This document shows positions 36,688 through 46,029 of a stretch of DNA of 64,000 nt, piece by piece. A model generated the notes under the pieces. That model ran no database searches, was not told the origin of the DNA, and saw only the letters and a program-made list of their open reading frames with translations. Numbering within the stretch: position 1 is the stretch's first letter; every line of letters begins with the position of its first letter. This stretch comes from an uncultured virus (IMG/VR IMGVR_UViG_3300001477_000100) (Duplodnaviria; Heunggongvirae; Uroviricota; Caudoviricetes), in the IMG/VR virus record IMGVR_UViG_3300001477_000100, one strand, 5' to 3'. A program made the position numbers and the translations under genes.

Positions 36688-36972
36688 ATGGCACAGTATA
36701 TAGAAAAAAATAAAGTATTAATGTGGATAATGGAAGAGTTAAACTCTTATCAGCCAACAGAAATAACTAGTGGAAAATATGCCCTTACTAGTGCGGTTGA
36801 TTTTATCAACACTCTCGAAACTAAAGATATTGATAAAGTCAATAAAATCTATGAAGAAATCAAAAAAAGATACGAATACTGGAGAGAAAAAGAACACAAT
36901 TCTCATAGTATAGAAACAGAAGCAAGAATGTCTGAATGTCAACATTTATTGTTGCTGCTTTCTCACATTTAA
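36688..36972 (+). CDS. Hypothetical protein (MAQYI family, cf. 62502)
   Basis: MAQYIEK...FINTLE. Confidence 0.7.
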   Translation: MAQYIEKNKVLMWIMEELNSYQPTEITSGKYALTSAVDFINTLETKDIDKVNKIYEEIKKRYEYWREKEHNSHSIETEARMSECQHLLLLLSHI

Positions 36973-37009
36973 CAATATAAAAAAATCAAACCAATAAAAG
37001 ATAAAAATA

Positions 37010-37363
37010 ATGGCACGTTATAAATTATCAAATGCTTTAAGGCATTGTGACCCAAAGGAATTCAAGTCTGATAAAGCCGCATGGAATAACTTAAGAAAGC
37101 ATTTTCTTTTCAAAGAAGAAGACGGTAGTGTATCTGGATGTTACATTTGGTTGTGGAAAGAAATTGAGGTAGAAATTCCCATCAATAATGAAGAGGAATA
37201 TGTAAAAATGCATAATGCAAAATACGGTCCTCGTCCTTATGGATACGGACCAGATAATGCAAAATTGCTGAAAGTCGGTGAGCCAAACATACATACTGTA
37301 TGGATTCCTATTCTTGAGGGAATCACAACCCATCCTTATAACGTAACTAAAAAAAAGAAATAA
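37010..37363 (+). CDS. Hypothetical protein
   Basis: 117-aa ORF. Confidence 0.75.
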   Translation: MARYKLSNALRHCDPKEFKSDKAAWNNLRKHFLFKEEDGSVSGCYIWLWKEIEVEIPINNEEEYVKMHNAKYGPRPYGYGPDNAKLLKVGEPNIHTVWIPILEGITTHPYNVTKKKK

Positions 37364-37454
37364 CTATGGATACAGAGAATGCAGTAGATGTATTCAACAA
37401 GCAATGTCTTCTCTATCAATAATTTGTATGTATATTCATTTGAATAATAAAACT

Positions 37455-37940
37455 ATGGTAACGGTTATAACGTTTAAAGCGATAAGTGAACGTAGGATTG
37501 TTCACAAAAACATAGGTATAGAGCATAATTTTGAAGAGATACCTCCCACTAAATTTATGGGTGTAGACCTTCCAGCGGTTTCTGTGGAAAGCCAAGTTAT
37601 CGATATGCTTGATGAAACGGATAAATCTCAGATTATGATTGATTATGATTTTGACATCATTCTCGATTACTATCCGAAGAAACCTAGAAAGAAAAAAGTT
37701 GATGAACTAAAGGAATTCATGGAATACTGTCAAGAGGTTGTTGATAAAGTTCCTAGTTTTAAAAGACCATTAGAGGCAATCATATCAGAATCGAAAGATT
37801 TGTTTGGTAAAGGTAAATCCAACGAGACTAAACTAAAAGAGATAATTAAACGATATGAACTCATTATGAAAGGCGCAAACGGAGCATTTGACATGATGAA
37901 TAATATTTTAGCTTCTAGTTCGAGAAAACAGATTGATTAA
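37455..37940 (+). CDS. Hypothetical protein
   Basis: Start at aataaaactATG. Confidence 0.7.
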   Translation: MVTVITFKAISERRIVHKNIGIEHNFEEIPPTKFMGVDLPAVSVESQVIDMLDETDKSQIMIDYDFDIILDYYPKKPRKKKVDELKEFMEYCQEVVDKVPSFKRPLEAIISESKDLFGKGKSNETKLKEIIKRYELIMKGANGAFDMMNNILASSSRKQID

Positions 37941-37976
37941 TTATGGTAATAACATCGAAGTTAACCCAAAATAGAT

Positions 37977-38336
37977 ATGGAAGATAAATTAACAGCAAAA
38001 ATAGTGAATCTTTTTAATTCTCATGGAATTAAACAGTTTAGTACAGACAGTACCATTTCAGAGGTCTTAAAATGGTTAAGAGATAACAAGGGATTTTACA
38101 TACTTTGTGATACCCATAAGTATGGAACGAAGAAGAGAAAATGGCGTTGGTGTTTGATTAATCTAATCGCAAACAAACTTGTAGAGACTTCAAGTGGGAC
38201 TCCATGTGATGTACCAACTTATGACATAGACAAAGAAGAGGGTACACGTGGATGGGGCTATATTTATGATTCATGGGAAGAAGCCTCTATTGCTGGAATA
38301 GAGTATATTTGTGTCCATTACAAAAAAATTTGGTAA
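37977..38336 (+). CDS. Hypothetical phage protein
   Basis: VLKWLRDNKG...SWEEASIAGIEY. Confidence 0.7.
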   Translation: MEDKLTAKIVNLFNSHGIKQFSTDSTISEVLKWLRDNKGFYILCDTHKYGTKKRKWRWCLINLIANKLVETSSGTPCDVPTYDIDKEEGTRGWGYIYDSWEEASIAGIEYICVHYKKIW

Positions 38337-38415
38337 ATAAATTGGGGACGGTATACATGTATCAATGGGTCAACTTGTATATTATCATCTTATTTATTAA
38401 AATTGGAATGACTTA

Positions 38416-38447
38416 TTTGTTTATTCCAATTTTTTTTTATATATTTG
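38416..38447 (+). promoter_or_regulatory. Promoter overlapping terminator hairpin
   Basis: TTTG-N20-TATATTTG; aaattggaat/attccaattt. Confidence 0.8.
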
Positions 38448-38467
38448 CCAAAAAACACAATATTGAT

Positions 38468-39151
38468 ATGAAAATATGCGCATTCTCAGATATGCATGGG
38501 CAACTAGATTTTAAGGTTGAACCATGCGATATAGTATTAATTTGCGGTGATATTGTTCCGCTTAATATACAGTCATACTCAACCCAAAGCGAAAAATGGT
38601 TTGCGACTGTTTTTATACCTTGGTGCAATAATCTTCCATGTGAAAAAGTATTGTTTGTGGCTGGTAATCATGACCATTGGTTAGAGAGACATCCAGATAG
38701 AATTAGATTATTACTCAAAAACAATGGTGACAAAATTACCTATTTGGATTGTGAGACATTTGAATATCAAGGGAAAATAATCTATGGCACTCCATTGTGT
38801 AAACCATTTGGTAGATGGGCTTTTATGCCATCATATGAAGAACAAGACGAGAAATACGAAAGGCATCTTAATATAATTGGCAAAATTGACATCATCATGT
38901 CTCACGATGCTCCTTATGGCATTAGTGATATTATTTTACAGAAAGATTGCTGGTGGGCTGATGGCACACACATCGGAAACGAATCATTAAGAAGATTTGT
39001 TGACAAGGCGAAACCAAAGGTGATGCTTCATGGACACCTCCATTCTACGCAGCACGAAAAAACAGAGCACAACGGAACTGATGTCTATTGTGTGTCTTTG
39101 TTGGATGAGGACTATAAAATGACGTACAAACCGTTATATCTAGAGACTTAA
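38468..39151 (+). CDS. Calcineurin-like metallophosphoesterase
   Basis: SDMHG, CGD, AGNHD, SHDAP, HGHLH. Confidence 0.9.
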   Translation: MKICAFSDMHGQLDFKVEPCDIVLICGDIVPLNIQSYSTQSEKWFATVFIPWCNNLPCEKVLFVAGNHDHWLERHPDRIRLLLKNNGDKITYLDCETFEYQGKIIYGTPLCKPFGRWAFMPSYEEQDEKYERHLNIIGKIDIIMSHDAPYGISDIILQKDCWWADGTHIGNESLRRFVDKAKPKVMLHGHLHSTQHEKTEHNGTDVYCVSLLDEDYKMTYKPLYLET

Positions 39152-39152
39152 T

Positions 39153-39332
39153 ATGGATAAAGGAATACAAAAAATCGCTGACAAATACATACAAAAATGT
39201 CCTCAATGTGGCAAAGAATTTTACCCTTGGGAAACTCTAATGGTCACATTACCCCAAAACGATATGAGACCATTTCTATATTGCCCCAATTGTAAATATT
39301 ACGATGATATGGAGACTTTTAAGAAAGATTAA
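39153..39332 (+). CDS. Small Zn-ribbon protein
   Basis: CPQC...CPNC, read by hand. Confidence 0.6.
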   Translation: MDKGIQKIADKYIQKCPQCGKEFYPWETLMVTLPQNDMRPFLYCPNCKYYDDMETFKKD

Positions 39333-39342
39333 CTTTTTATAT

Positions 39343-39373
39343 TTTGAAATTGAACTAAAAACTTATATATTTG
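39343..39373 (+). promoter_or_regulatory. Promoter, ATG 4 nt downstream
   Basis: TTTG-N19-TATATTTG-catt-ATG. Confidence 0.75.
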
Positions 39374-39377
39374 CATT

Positions 39378-40112
39378 ATGAATGGAAAATTTAGTGATAG
39401 AGATTTACAAATTCTAGTTTTTAAATATCTATGCAGAGTGTTGAAAAACAGAAAAATATATCATAGATTCAGATGTTTTATTGGCAATGGAGAGGGTGTT
39501 GTATCAATTATAAAAAGACCTTGCTTTTATGACTTGTACTCTTCGTTTCAATGTATGAAGCCGATAGTTAACGTGGCTCTATCTCAAGCATCGGAAAATT
39601 CATTTTACCGTGTAACTACAATGGGTGGTGTAATTACTGTCTTTGAAGCAATGCTTGGTAAGTATGATACTATAGATGAATGGGATAATGGACAAGTGCA
39701 AACAAGAGTCACACAGTTAATTAATACGTTGATACACTGCTGTGTTGAGAAAACCGTGAAAGATTTCCGTCAACTTGAAGATATTGGACGAGAAACATTC
39801 GATATGGTATGTAGAAAGATATTTGGTAACAACTTTGTCGATGAAACAGAGAAAGAATTACCAGATAATATAAAGAAAATACTTGAGGCACAAAGAATGT
39901 TTATGGAAAATCACGATGTTGATGACCCTAGACGTTTATTTGGTAATAGAGAGTTTATGAATTTCTTGAAACAACAAGGATATTTAGACGATTTAAAAGT
40001 AGGTATAGAGCCACCTTCAAGATACGAGCCTAGAACGACAATGGATTGGAACAATCCTTGGGATGACTTGTTTGATGGTGACGATGAGGATTGGGAATGG
40101 ACTGTTAACTAA
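39378..40112 (+). CDS. Hypothetical protein
   Basis: 244 aa with acidic tail. Confidence 0.75.
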   Translation: MNGKFSDRDLQILVFKYLCRVLKNRKIYHRFRCFIGNGEGVVSIIKRPCFYDLYSSFQCMKPIVNVALSQASENSFYRVTTMGGVITVFEAMLGKYDTIDEWDNGQVQTRVTQLINTLIHCCVEKTVKDFRQLEDIGRETFDMVCRKIFGNNFVDETEKELPDNIKKILEAQRMFMENHDVDDPRRLFGNREFMNFLKQQGYLDDLKVGIEPPSRYEPRTTMDWNNPWDDLFDGDDEDWEWTVN

Positions 40113-40117
40113 AAGAT

Positions 40118-40801
40118 ATGGCACATATTATTGATGACAATATAGTCCATCCATGCTATGGAATGAACTGTAATGAATGTGAAACTTGTAAGTTTGACAG
40201 GGATTTATTTGTGGAAGATAAAAAAAGTAAACAACATATGAATAATTACGACTCTTGCGAGTGTTGCAGTAATTTGATTAAAAATTATATTGGCGAGGAA
40301 AGGCTTAAATTTAACGCTTGTTGCGGTAGGTCACTCATTGAGTTTGGTAACACTCATAGACCTAGGTTAATTAAAGTAAATACTGGTCCTATGTTGCCTC
40401 TTCCTACACCAGATTGGTGTCCTAAGAAAAGAGGTGTAACTAAAGAGTATTTAACCACAAGTGAATTACAAAACGAAATTAAATCATTACCATCGCCAAA
40501 TGATGTATCAACAGCAAATTCAAAAACAGAAATAAATAAACCTATGACCTATAGCGAAAGAAGGGAAAAAATGATGCAACTCCCAAAACACATAGAATGG
40601 GATGACATCGAAGAAGGTGGTGTATATGTAATACCAAAAATATTACATCAATCAAGGAAAGTTGTAAGGGTTGTGATTAAGACAGAATCACTACTCCGTT
40701 GTAGCGAGATAGACGAATATGGCAAAGAAAGCCAAACCTTGACCTCTGTATATCCTAGGGATATTGACATGGTATTTATCACAAAAGTATTAAAATATTA
40801 A
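40118..40801 (+). CDS. Cys-rich protein; C-terminal domain paralogous to next gene
   Basis: CNECETC, CECC, PDWCP; EWDDIEEGGVYVIP. Confidence 0.75.
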   Translation: MAHIIDDNIVHPCYGMNCNECETCKFDRDLFVEDKKSKQHMNNYDSCECCSNLIKNYIGEERLKFNACCGRSLIEFGNTHRPRLIKVNTGPMLPLPTPDWCPKKRGVTKEYLTTSELQNEIKSLPSPNDVSTANSKTEINKPMTYSERREKMMQLPKHIEWDDIEEGGVYVIPKILHQSRKVVRVVIKTESLLRCSEIDEYGKESQTLTSVYPRDIDMVFITKVLKY

Positions 40802-40807
40802 TTGTTT

Positions 40808-41068
40808 ATGGCTAAACATAAAACAGTACAAGATTTAAAGACTGAAATATCAGCATTGAAAAGTGTTACACCTTGGTCTGAGGTAGTAGAGAAGGGTGTA
40901 TATCACATTCCACCTATTATCACTCTTGAGAGAAGAGAGATTGTGATTTTGAAAAAAAATGGAAACAGTGCCACTTATAAAAGAATCGGTGATACTGAAC
41001 AGAAGGAACGAACAATGTATGATACTAGCGTATTTGCTAAGTTCATGGTGAAGAGGAAAAAATATTAA
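40808..41068 (+). CDS. Hypothetical protein
   Basis: PWSEVVEKGVYHIP resembles the C-terminal domain of the previous ORF. Confidence 0.7.
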   Translation: MAKHKTVQDLKTEISALKSVTPWSEVVEKGVYHIPPIITLERREIVILKKNGNSATYKRIGDTEQKERTMYDTSVFAKFMVKRKKY

Positions 41069-41111
41069 CTTTTTTTAAGACGCAAAATTTAGAATTTAAA
41101 AAAAAATTTTG

Positions 41112-41119
41112 TATCTTTG
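41112..41119 (+). promoter_or_regulatory. Promoter -7 box
   Basis: TATCTTTG(CA) with TTTA at -33. Confidence 0.65.
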
Positions 41120-41135
41120 CACAAAAGAATAAAAT

Positions 41136-41591
41136 ATGCTTTATATTAGTTTTAGAATATTATTGATGTTCCCTTCATTTATGGCAATTTTGAATATGAT
41201 TGCCACTAATAAATATGAATATATATTTTTCCCAATTGTAATATTGATTTGGGTGATATATTCATTTTTTGATGAAGATGATAGGGAGTATCTTAGACGA
41301 AACGGTATAGACGCTGACGAAATATCTTGGTTTTTTCCTGATTACAACGACTATGGAGCAATAAGAGATAAGCATAAACCGCTCAATCAAAATAATAGTA
41401 GCCATACTAGGACATATCCAGCAAGTAAAACAACTGATGATAGTAGATATGCTCCTACAACAGCATATAACTATTATGGTTATATTAGTGGGTATAATAA
41501 TCCTTATAAGAAGTTGAAAGATAAGTGCAAAAGGAATTTTAAAATAACAATAGCTAAAGATACTGAAGATGATGGAACAGACGGATTATAG
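41136..41591 (+). CDS. Membrane protein
   Basis: Two N-terminal hydrophobic segments. Confidence 0.7.
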   Translation: MLYISFRILLMFPSFMAILNMIATNKYEYIFFPIVILIWVIYSFFDEDDREYLRRNGIDADEISWFFPDYNDYGAIRDKHKPLNQNNSSHTRTYPASKTTDDSRYAPTTAYNYYGYISGYNNPYKKLKDKCKRNFKITIAKDTEDDGTDGL

Positions 41592-41706
41592 TAATGAGCC
41601 ATTTTTTACTGCTGCTACCATAGTAGGAGGAAATATGAGTAACAAATGCACTAGTTCTGAAAATAAGAAGAATGTAGGTTCTTCATACCCAGAATTTTAT
41701 TATTAA

Positions 41707-41922
41707 ATGACTAATTTTACATTAAATGACGTAGAGGAAAAAAGAGCCAATGATTTTAAACAATGGCATAAGAGGTGCAGACCAAAGAACACTAATGATA
41801 TGTTTCCACAGTATGCGCCATACAAATACATATTCACACCAACTGGAATAGGTAACGGTGTTGATATAGTATGTCCTTATTGCGGAAAAGTCAAGAATAT
41901 TACAGATTACAATAGTTGGTGA
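41707..41922 (+). CDS. Small Zn-binding phage protein
   Basis: FTPTGIG..CPYCG..NITDY..W. Confidence 0.75.
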   Translation: MTNFTLNDVEEKRANDFKQWHKRCRPKNTNDMFPQYAPYKYIFTPTGIGNGVDIVCPYCGKVKNITDYNSW

Positions 41923-41941
41923 ACTAATAACATAAAAATAT

Positions 41942-42277
41942 ATGAGTACAGAAACAAAAACAGTAACTAAAGTTGAAACTGAGGTTAAGGAGAGTCAGCC
42001 AAATGAAGAGGTGATAATTGTTGAAGCACCTTTGTTTATCCTTTTTGCAGAATACCTAGGATATGTCAGCATTTTCAATAAAATGGCTGAAGATTGGTGT
42101 GATGGTAAAGTTCCAGAAATACACATCCAAAAGATTATTATCTTGGAGGCTAAATGTATCCTTAGACAAATGAAAAAGGACTATGGACTAGATAATATCC
42201 GTGAATTCTATTCCATGTATTACCCTCTCATATTCCAAGAATATGACGAGAATTTAGCCAAACTAATTGAGAAATAA
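41942..42277 (+). CDS. Hypothetical protein
   Basis: 111 aa, followed by a terminator. Confidence 0.75.
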   Translation: MSTETKTVTKVETEVKESQPNEEVIIVEAPLFILFAEYLGYVSIFNKMAEDWCDGKVPEIHIQKIIILEAKCILRQMKKDYGLDNIREFYSMYYPLIFQEYDENLAKLIEK

Positions 42278-42283
42278 TACGTT

Positions 42284-42315
42284 GGCTAGCTTTTGGATAA
42301 AGGCTAGCCTTTTTT
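42284..42315 (+). terminator. Intrinsic terminator
   Basis: ggctagctttt/aaaggctagcc followed by T-run. Confidence 0.75.
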
Positions 42316-42319
42316 CATA

Positions 42320-42541
42320 ATGGATACAGTTGATTATATAATGTTATGTGCTGTAATGATAGGTTCTATTTTTTTGTTTCTATTTATGTGTTTCGGAAAT
42401 ATAGAAAACAAAAAAAAAGCGTTTGTTTATTGGCTTATGCTATCATTATTAAGTATTGTGTTTTTTTGTTTTATAACGTTTTGTAAGTTACATCCATTTT
42501 GTAGTTCAAGTATTTTTTTTAATCTAAAATGGTTATTATGA
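42320..42541 (+). CDS. Small membrane protein
   Basis: Two TM segments. Confidence 0.55.
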   Translation: MDTVDYIMLCAVMIGSIFLFLFMCFGNIENKKKAFVYWLMLSLLSIVFFCFITFCKLHPFCSSSIFFNLKWLL

Positions 42542-42864
42542 CTAGTATTTCAGAATTTGTTTCCAAACATCGAAAACAAATAAAAAACATATCCATTGAA
42601 GAAAAAGTTAACAAGCTTCCTTGGTATCAAAGACCCATTGAACGCAGTGCATTTACGTCTAGAAAAGCAAAAGATGGCAAACACTATGTGAGGCATAAGG
42701 AATGGGCTGAAGAAATCTGGATTGGTCCATACAATACGCTAAAAGATGTGGATGAAATCATTGATTCATACGTTAAAATGTCAGCAGTTGCCCCACTTAA
42801 TAGGATTACTAGTGATAGAGAAATTCATTCAGTTTACATAGAAGATATTAACAAGTTTTTTTAA
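42538..42864 (+). CDS. Hypothetical protein
   Basis: ORF coupled to previous. Confidence 0.7.
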   Translation: MTSISEFVSKHRKQIKNISIEEKVNKLPWYQRPIERSAFTSRKAKDGKHYVRHKEWAEEIWIGPYNTLKDVDEIIDSYVKMSAVAPLNRITSDREIHSVYIEDINKFF

Positions 42865-42885
42865 AGATAAAAAAACCTTAAAAAT

Positions 42886-42917
42886 CTTGGTTAATTAATT
42901 TTTTTTTCATATATTTG
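42886..42917 (+). promoter_or_regulatory. Bacteroidetes sigma-A-type promoter
   Basis: CTTG-N20-TATATTTG. Confidence 0.75.
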
Positions 42918-42930
42918 CAAAAAAAAGATA

Positions 42931-43227
42931 ATGATTTTAATTTTCGCTATCATATTGACAGTATACGCTATAATGTATGCCGTTACAAAAAGCATCATTA
43001 AAGACGAAATAAGTGATTACAAAAATTATTCCACATACAAATATGGAATTGTTGATGAAAAACTATACGTCTATCTGCTCAAAAATAAAGAAAAATTAGC
43101 CATATATGGCGCTTTGGGGTGGCCTATTTACTATTTGTTTAGCATTGGGGCTGCTTGCGGTGCTGACATTTTTGACGCATTAACAAGTGATAACTATGAA
43201 AATAGGATTGCTACTTGGCTCATTTGA
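42931..43227 (+). CDS. Membrane protein
   Basis: Two TM segments, WP motif. Confidence 0.65.
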   Translation: MILIFAIILTVYAIMYAVTKSIIKDEISDYKNYSTYKYGIVDEKLYVYLLKNKEKLAIYGALGWPIYYLFSIGAACGADIFDALTSDNYENRIATWLI

Positions 43228-43831
43228 CCCAATACATATAGCACATGTTAATATTGCCTCTTGCGCAATTAACGGTGGACTATGTGATAAGGTGTTATTT
43301 GTTGTCGCAAAACATAATCCTTGGAAGAAACACGAACCAGCACCATTTGAATTACGCTGTGAAATGATAACAGCATCAATAGGGGCATTTGGTGATAAAT
43401 GCGAAGTCTGCACATTAGAGAAAGACATCGAGCCTCCTACATATTCTTATAAAGTATTGGAGAAAATTCGTGAAACTTATCCAAATGATGAATTATTCAT
43501 AATTTGTGGTAGTGACACAATTGATGCCGTTACTCAATGGAGAAAGTTTGAAACCGACATTAAAAATAAAGTAGGTTTCATTGAGGCGAAAAGAAATGAT
43601 GGTACGGAAATTGATAATGATAAAGTGCCATTCATAATACAAGAAGGATACAGACATGATTTGACAAATATCGGCTTTTGGTACATAAAAACGCAGAGGA
43701 TGGATGCATCATCAACGCTAGTCAGAGCCATGATAAGCAAAGGCATGAATCCAATTCCTTATGTCAATGAACAAGTATTTGGAATAATAAAAAAATTCAA
43801 TTTATATACAGATGGAGAAAAAAACATTTAA
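43196..43831 (+). CDS. nadD: Nicotinate/nicotinamide mononucleotide adenylyltransferase
   Basis: LLGSFDPIHIAH, NPWK, RCEM, ICGSD, W, ASSTLVR. Confidence 0.9.
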   Translation: MKIGLLLGSFDPIHIAHVNIASCAINGGLCDKVLFVVAKHNPWKKHEPAPFELRCEMITASIGAFGDKCEVCTLEKDIEPPTYSYKVLEKIRETYPNDELFIICGSDTIDAVTQWRKFETDIKNKVGFIEAKRNDGTEIDNDKVPFIIQEGYRHDLTNIGFWYIKTQRMDASSTLVRAMISKGMNPIPYVNEQVFGIIKKFNLYTDGEKNI

Positions 43832-44390
43832 CAAAGGCGATTTCATTAAATATAGCGCATATAGCAGTACAAACGACAACACTAGATTCGCATTTGGCAT
43901 ATTTGAGGGTGTTGACTTAGCACCAGAATTTCAATATACAAAGAAACTTTCATTGGCTGCATACTATGATTCTTGGAAGTATTGCAGTAACTTAGACAAT
44001 GGAGTTGGATGGGGATACCAACCCGTTCTTGAAATTGCTAGCCAAAATAAGCCGTGCGAAAAAACTATTGATACTATTTGTGAAGATAGCTGGTGGACAG
44101 TATGCACACCTCTTGAGAAAAAACGTGCATTGGAAATTCTTGCTAAATATGACGTTGATTGGAATGAGGAAGAAATGACTCTTACAAATGTCAAAACTGG
44201 CGAAATACTCCATCGAATCATCATTCCTAAACTAGAATACAATGGTGATGTAATTAAACCAATATGTCATGAGCTTAAAACTAAACTTAAAACAGCTGTT
44301 TTAAGTAAAAATAAAACATCATGTAGTTCATCTTATCCAAGTCAATATAATCCATATGGATATAATGGATATGACGAATATTACGATTAA
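43812..44390 (+). CDS. Hypothetical protein
   Basis: 192 aa; FNKGDFI start. Confidence 0.75.
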   Translation: MEKKTFNKGDFIKYSAYSSTNDNTRFAFGIFEGVDLAPEFQYTKKLSLAAYYDSWKYCSNLDNGVGWGYQPVLEIASQNKPCEKTIDTICEDSWWTVCTPLEKKRALEILAKYDVDWNEEEMTLTNVKTGEILHRIIIPKLEYNGDVIKPICHELKTKLKTAVLSKNKTSCSSSYPSQYNPYGYNGYDEYYD

Positions 44391-44394
44391 ATGT

Positions 44395-44565
44395 ATGGAT
44401 AAATCATTAGAAACATATCTCTTATGGAGATTCAAAGTGAACAACGTCAATCATTATCAACACTATGCTAATGATTGGATATATAACCTCACAGAAAACC
44501 AATTGAACTATTTTTCAATAGAAATGGAAAGATTGTTAAATAGAGGAATTTATAAAGGCTTGTAA
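44395..44565 (+). CDS. Small hypothetical protein
   Basis: MDKSLETYLLWRF. Confidence 0.6.
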   Translation: MDKSLETYLLWRFKVNNVNHYQHYANDWIYNLTENQLNYFSIEMERLLNRGIYKGL

Positions 44566-44566
44566 T

Positions 44567-44932
44567 ATGATTAACGGAAAAGATTTAAGTAGGTGTATAG
44601 ATATATTATCTGAATTAAACGCTAATGCTGCAAGTAGAAAGGATAAACAGTTAATCCTAGAACTTGGATACATTATCAAACAAGAACTAGACCTTGTTAA
44701 CTTATGGGAAAAAAACCATAATGAGGCAATAAAAGGCAGAGAGCGAATTGACATTAATAAGCTCTTGGAAGATAATGCCCAATTATATAAGGAAAACCAA
44801 ACCCTTTTGAAAAATCTTGACCAGTTAAAAGCAATTATTGAAACCAAATTACCGTTAATTCAAACAGATTTGACGGAAATAAAAAACGAATTTAATGTTT
44901 TGAATAATCATATAGAAAATAATTTATGTTAA
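44567..44932 (+). CDS. Coiled-coil hypothetical protein
   Basis: 121 aa. Confidence 0.7.
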   Translation: MINGKDLSRCIDILSELNANAASRKDKQLILELGYIIKQELDLVNLWEKNHNEAIKGRERIDINKLLEDNAQLYKENQTLLKNLDQLKAIIETKLPLIQTDLTEIKNEFNVLNNHIENNLC

Positions 44933-44956
44933 AAAATCTGTATTTTTGCCAATCAT

Positions 44957-44988
44957 TTTGGTAATACAGATTTTTTTTCATATATTTG
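44957..44988 (+). promoter_or_regulatory. Promoter overlapping terminator hairpin
   Basis: TTTG-N20-TATATTTG; aaaaatctgtatt/aatacagattttt. Confidence 0.8.
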
Positions 44989-45011
44989 CAATAAACAAAA
45001 AATATAATATC

Positions 45012-45185
45012 ATGGCATCAAAAAATGTTTTAAGCGAAGCAATTAATAAATTGGTCTCAGCAAATACCATTCTTTTAGAAAAAGCTATAAAAGACAAGGC
45101 AAACGCTGAGAACTATCGTAAAGAAATAACTAAAAATCAGTCTATGATTTTAGACTATAAATTCCGTCTTGAACACGATGAATAA
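45012..45185 (+). CDS. Small hypothetical protein
   Basis: MASKNVLSEA. Confidence 0.6.
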   Translation: MASKNVLSEAINKLVSANTILLEKAIKDKANAENYRKEITKNQSMILDYKFRLEHDE

Positions 45186-46029
45186 ACAAGAAAGAATAGA
45201 AGAATATGAAAACACAGTTGCATTATGTAATAAGGGTTTTTACACAATAAATGGCAACGAAATTCATATTGATGGATTAGATGACTACATGGTACATGGT
45301 ACTAGGTTCTACAATAAAAAGATTAGGGCTGACTATACGGAGCGTCCTAGATACGAAACCGAAATTAAAGTAGTCAACAATGACTGCCTCTATGAGGCTA
45401 AAAAAATGATTGACAATGACTTGAGACCAGCGGTTCTCAATATGGCATCATTCCATACTCCTGGAGGTGGTGTTACAAGAGGTTCGTCAGCGCAAGAGGA
45501 AAACCTATTTAGACGGACAAACCTCTTTAAGTCATTATATCAATTCCACGACATTGGAAAAGATTTTGGAGTAGAACAGAAAGAAGAAAGATACCCACTT
45601 GACTATAACTATGGGGGAATCTATAGTCCTCGTGTCATTGTCTTTAAGGAAAGTGACGATGCTGATTATAGACTAATGGAAGAGCCGTTCTATGTGGACA
45701 TTATTACTCTTCCAGCGGTAAAGAATCCTAAGACTGAAAACGGCAAAATAGTTCCTTGGGTTGAAACCGTCATAAAAAATAAAATAAGACAGATATTGGA
45801 TATTGCCCTCTCAAACGGCAATGATTCATTGGTTCTTAGTGCTTTCGGATGCGGTGCATATGGAACACCTCCAGAGGAAATGGCTAAATTCTTTGCTGAT
45901 GTTCTTGCATCTGAAAAATATCAAGGGTTGTTTAAGGTAATACATTTTGCCATAATTGATTTGTCATCTACAAACGGTGAACATAATCCAAATGGGAATA
46001 TAAAACCATTTAAAGATGTCTTTGGATAA
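45178..46029 (+). CDS. TIGR02452/DUF2263 macrodomain, bacterial PARG-like ADP-ribose hydrolase
   Basis: VLNMAS..PGGG...AQEENL.RR, IYSP, LVLSAFGCGAY. Confidence 0.9.
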   Translation: MNKQERIEEYENTVALCNKGFYTINGNEIHIDGLDDYMVHGTRFYNKKIRADYTERPRYETEIKVVNNDCLYEAKKMIDNDLRPAVLNMASFHTPGGGVTRGSSAQEENLFRRTNLFKSLYQFHDIGKDFGVEQKEERYPLDYNYGGIYSPRVIVFKESDDADYRLMEEPFYVDIITLPAVKNPKTENGKIVPWVETVIKNKIRQILDIALSNGNDSLVLSAFGCGAYGTPPEEMAKFFADVLASEKYQGLFKVIHFAIIDLSSTNGEHNPNGNIKPFKDVFG

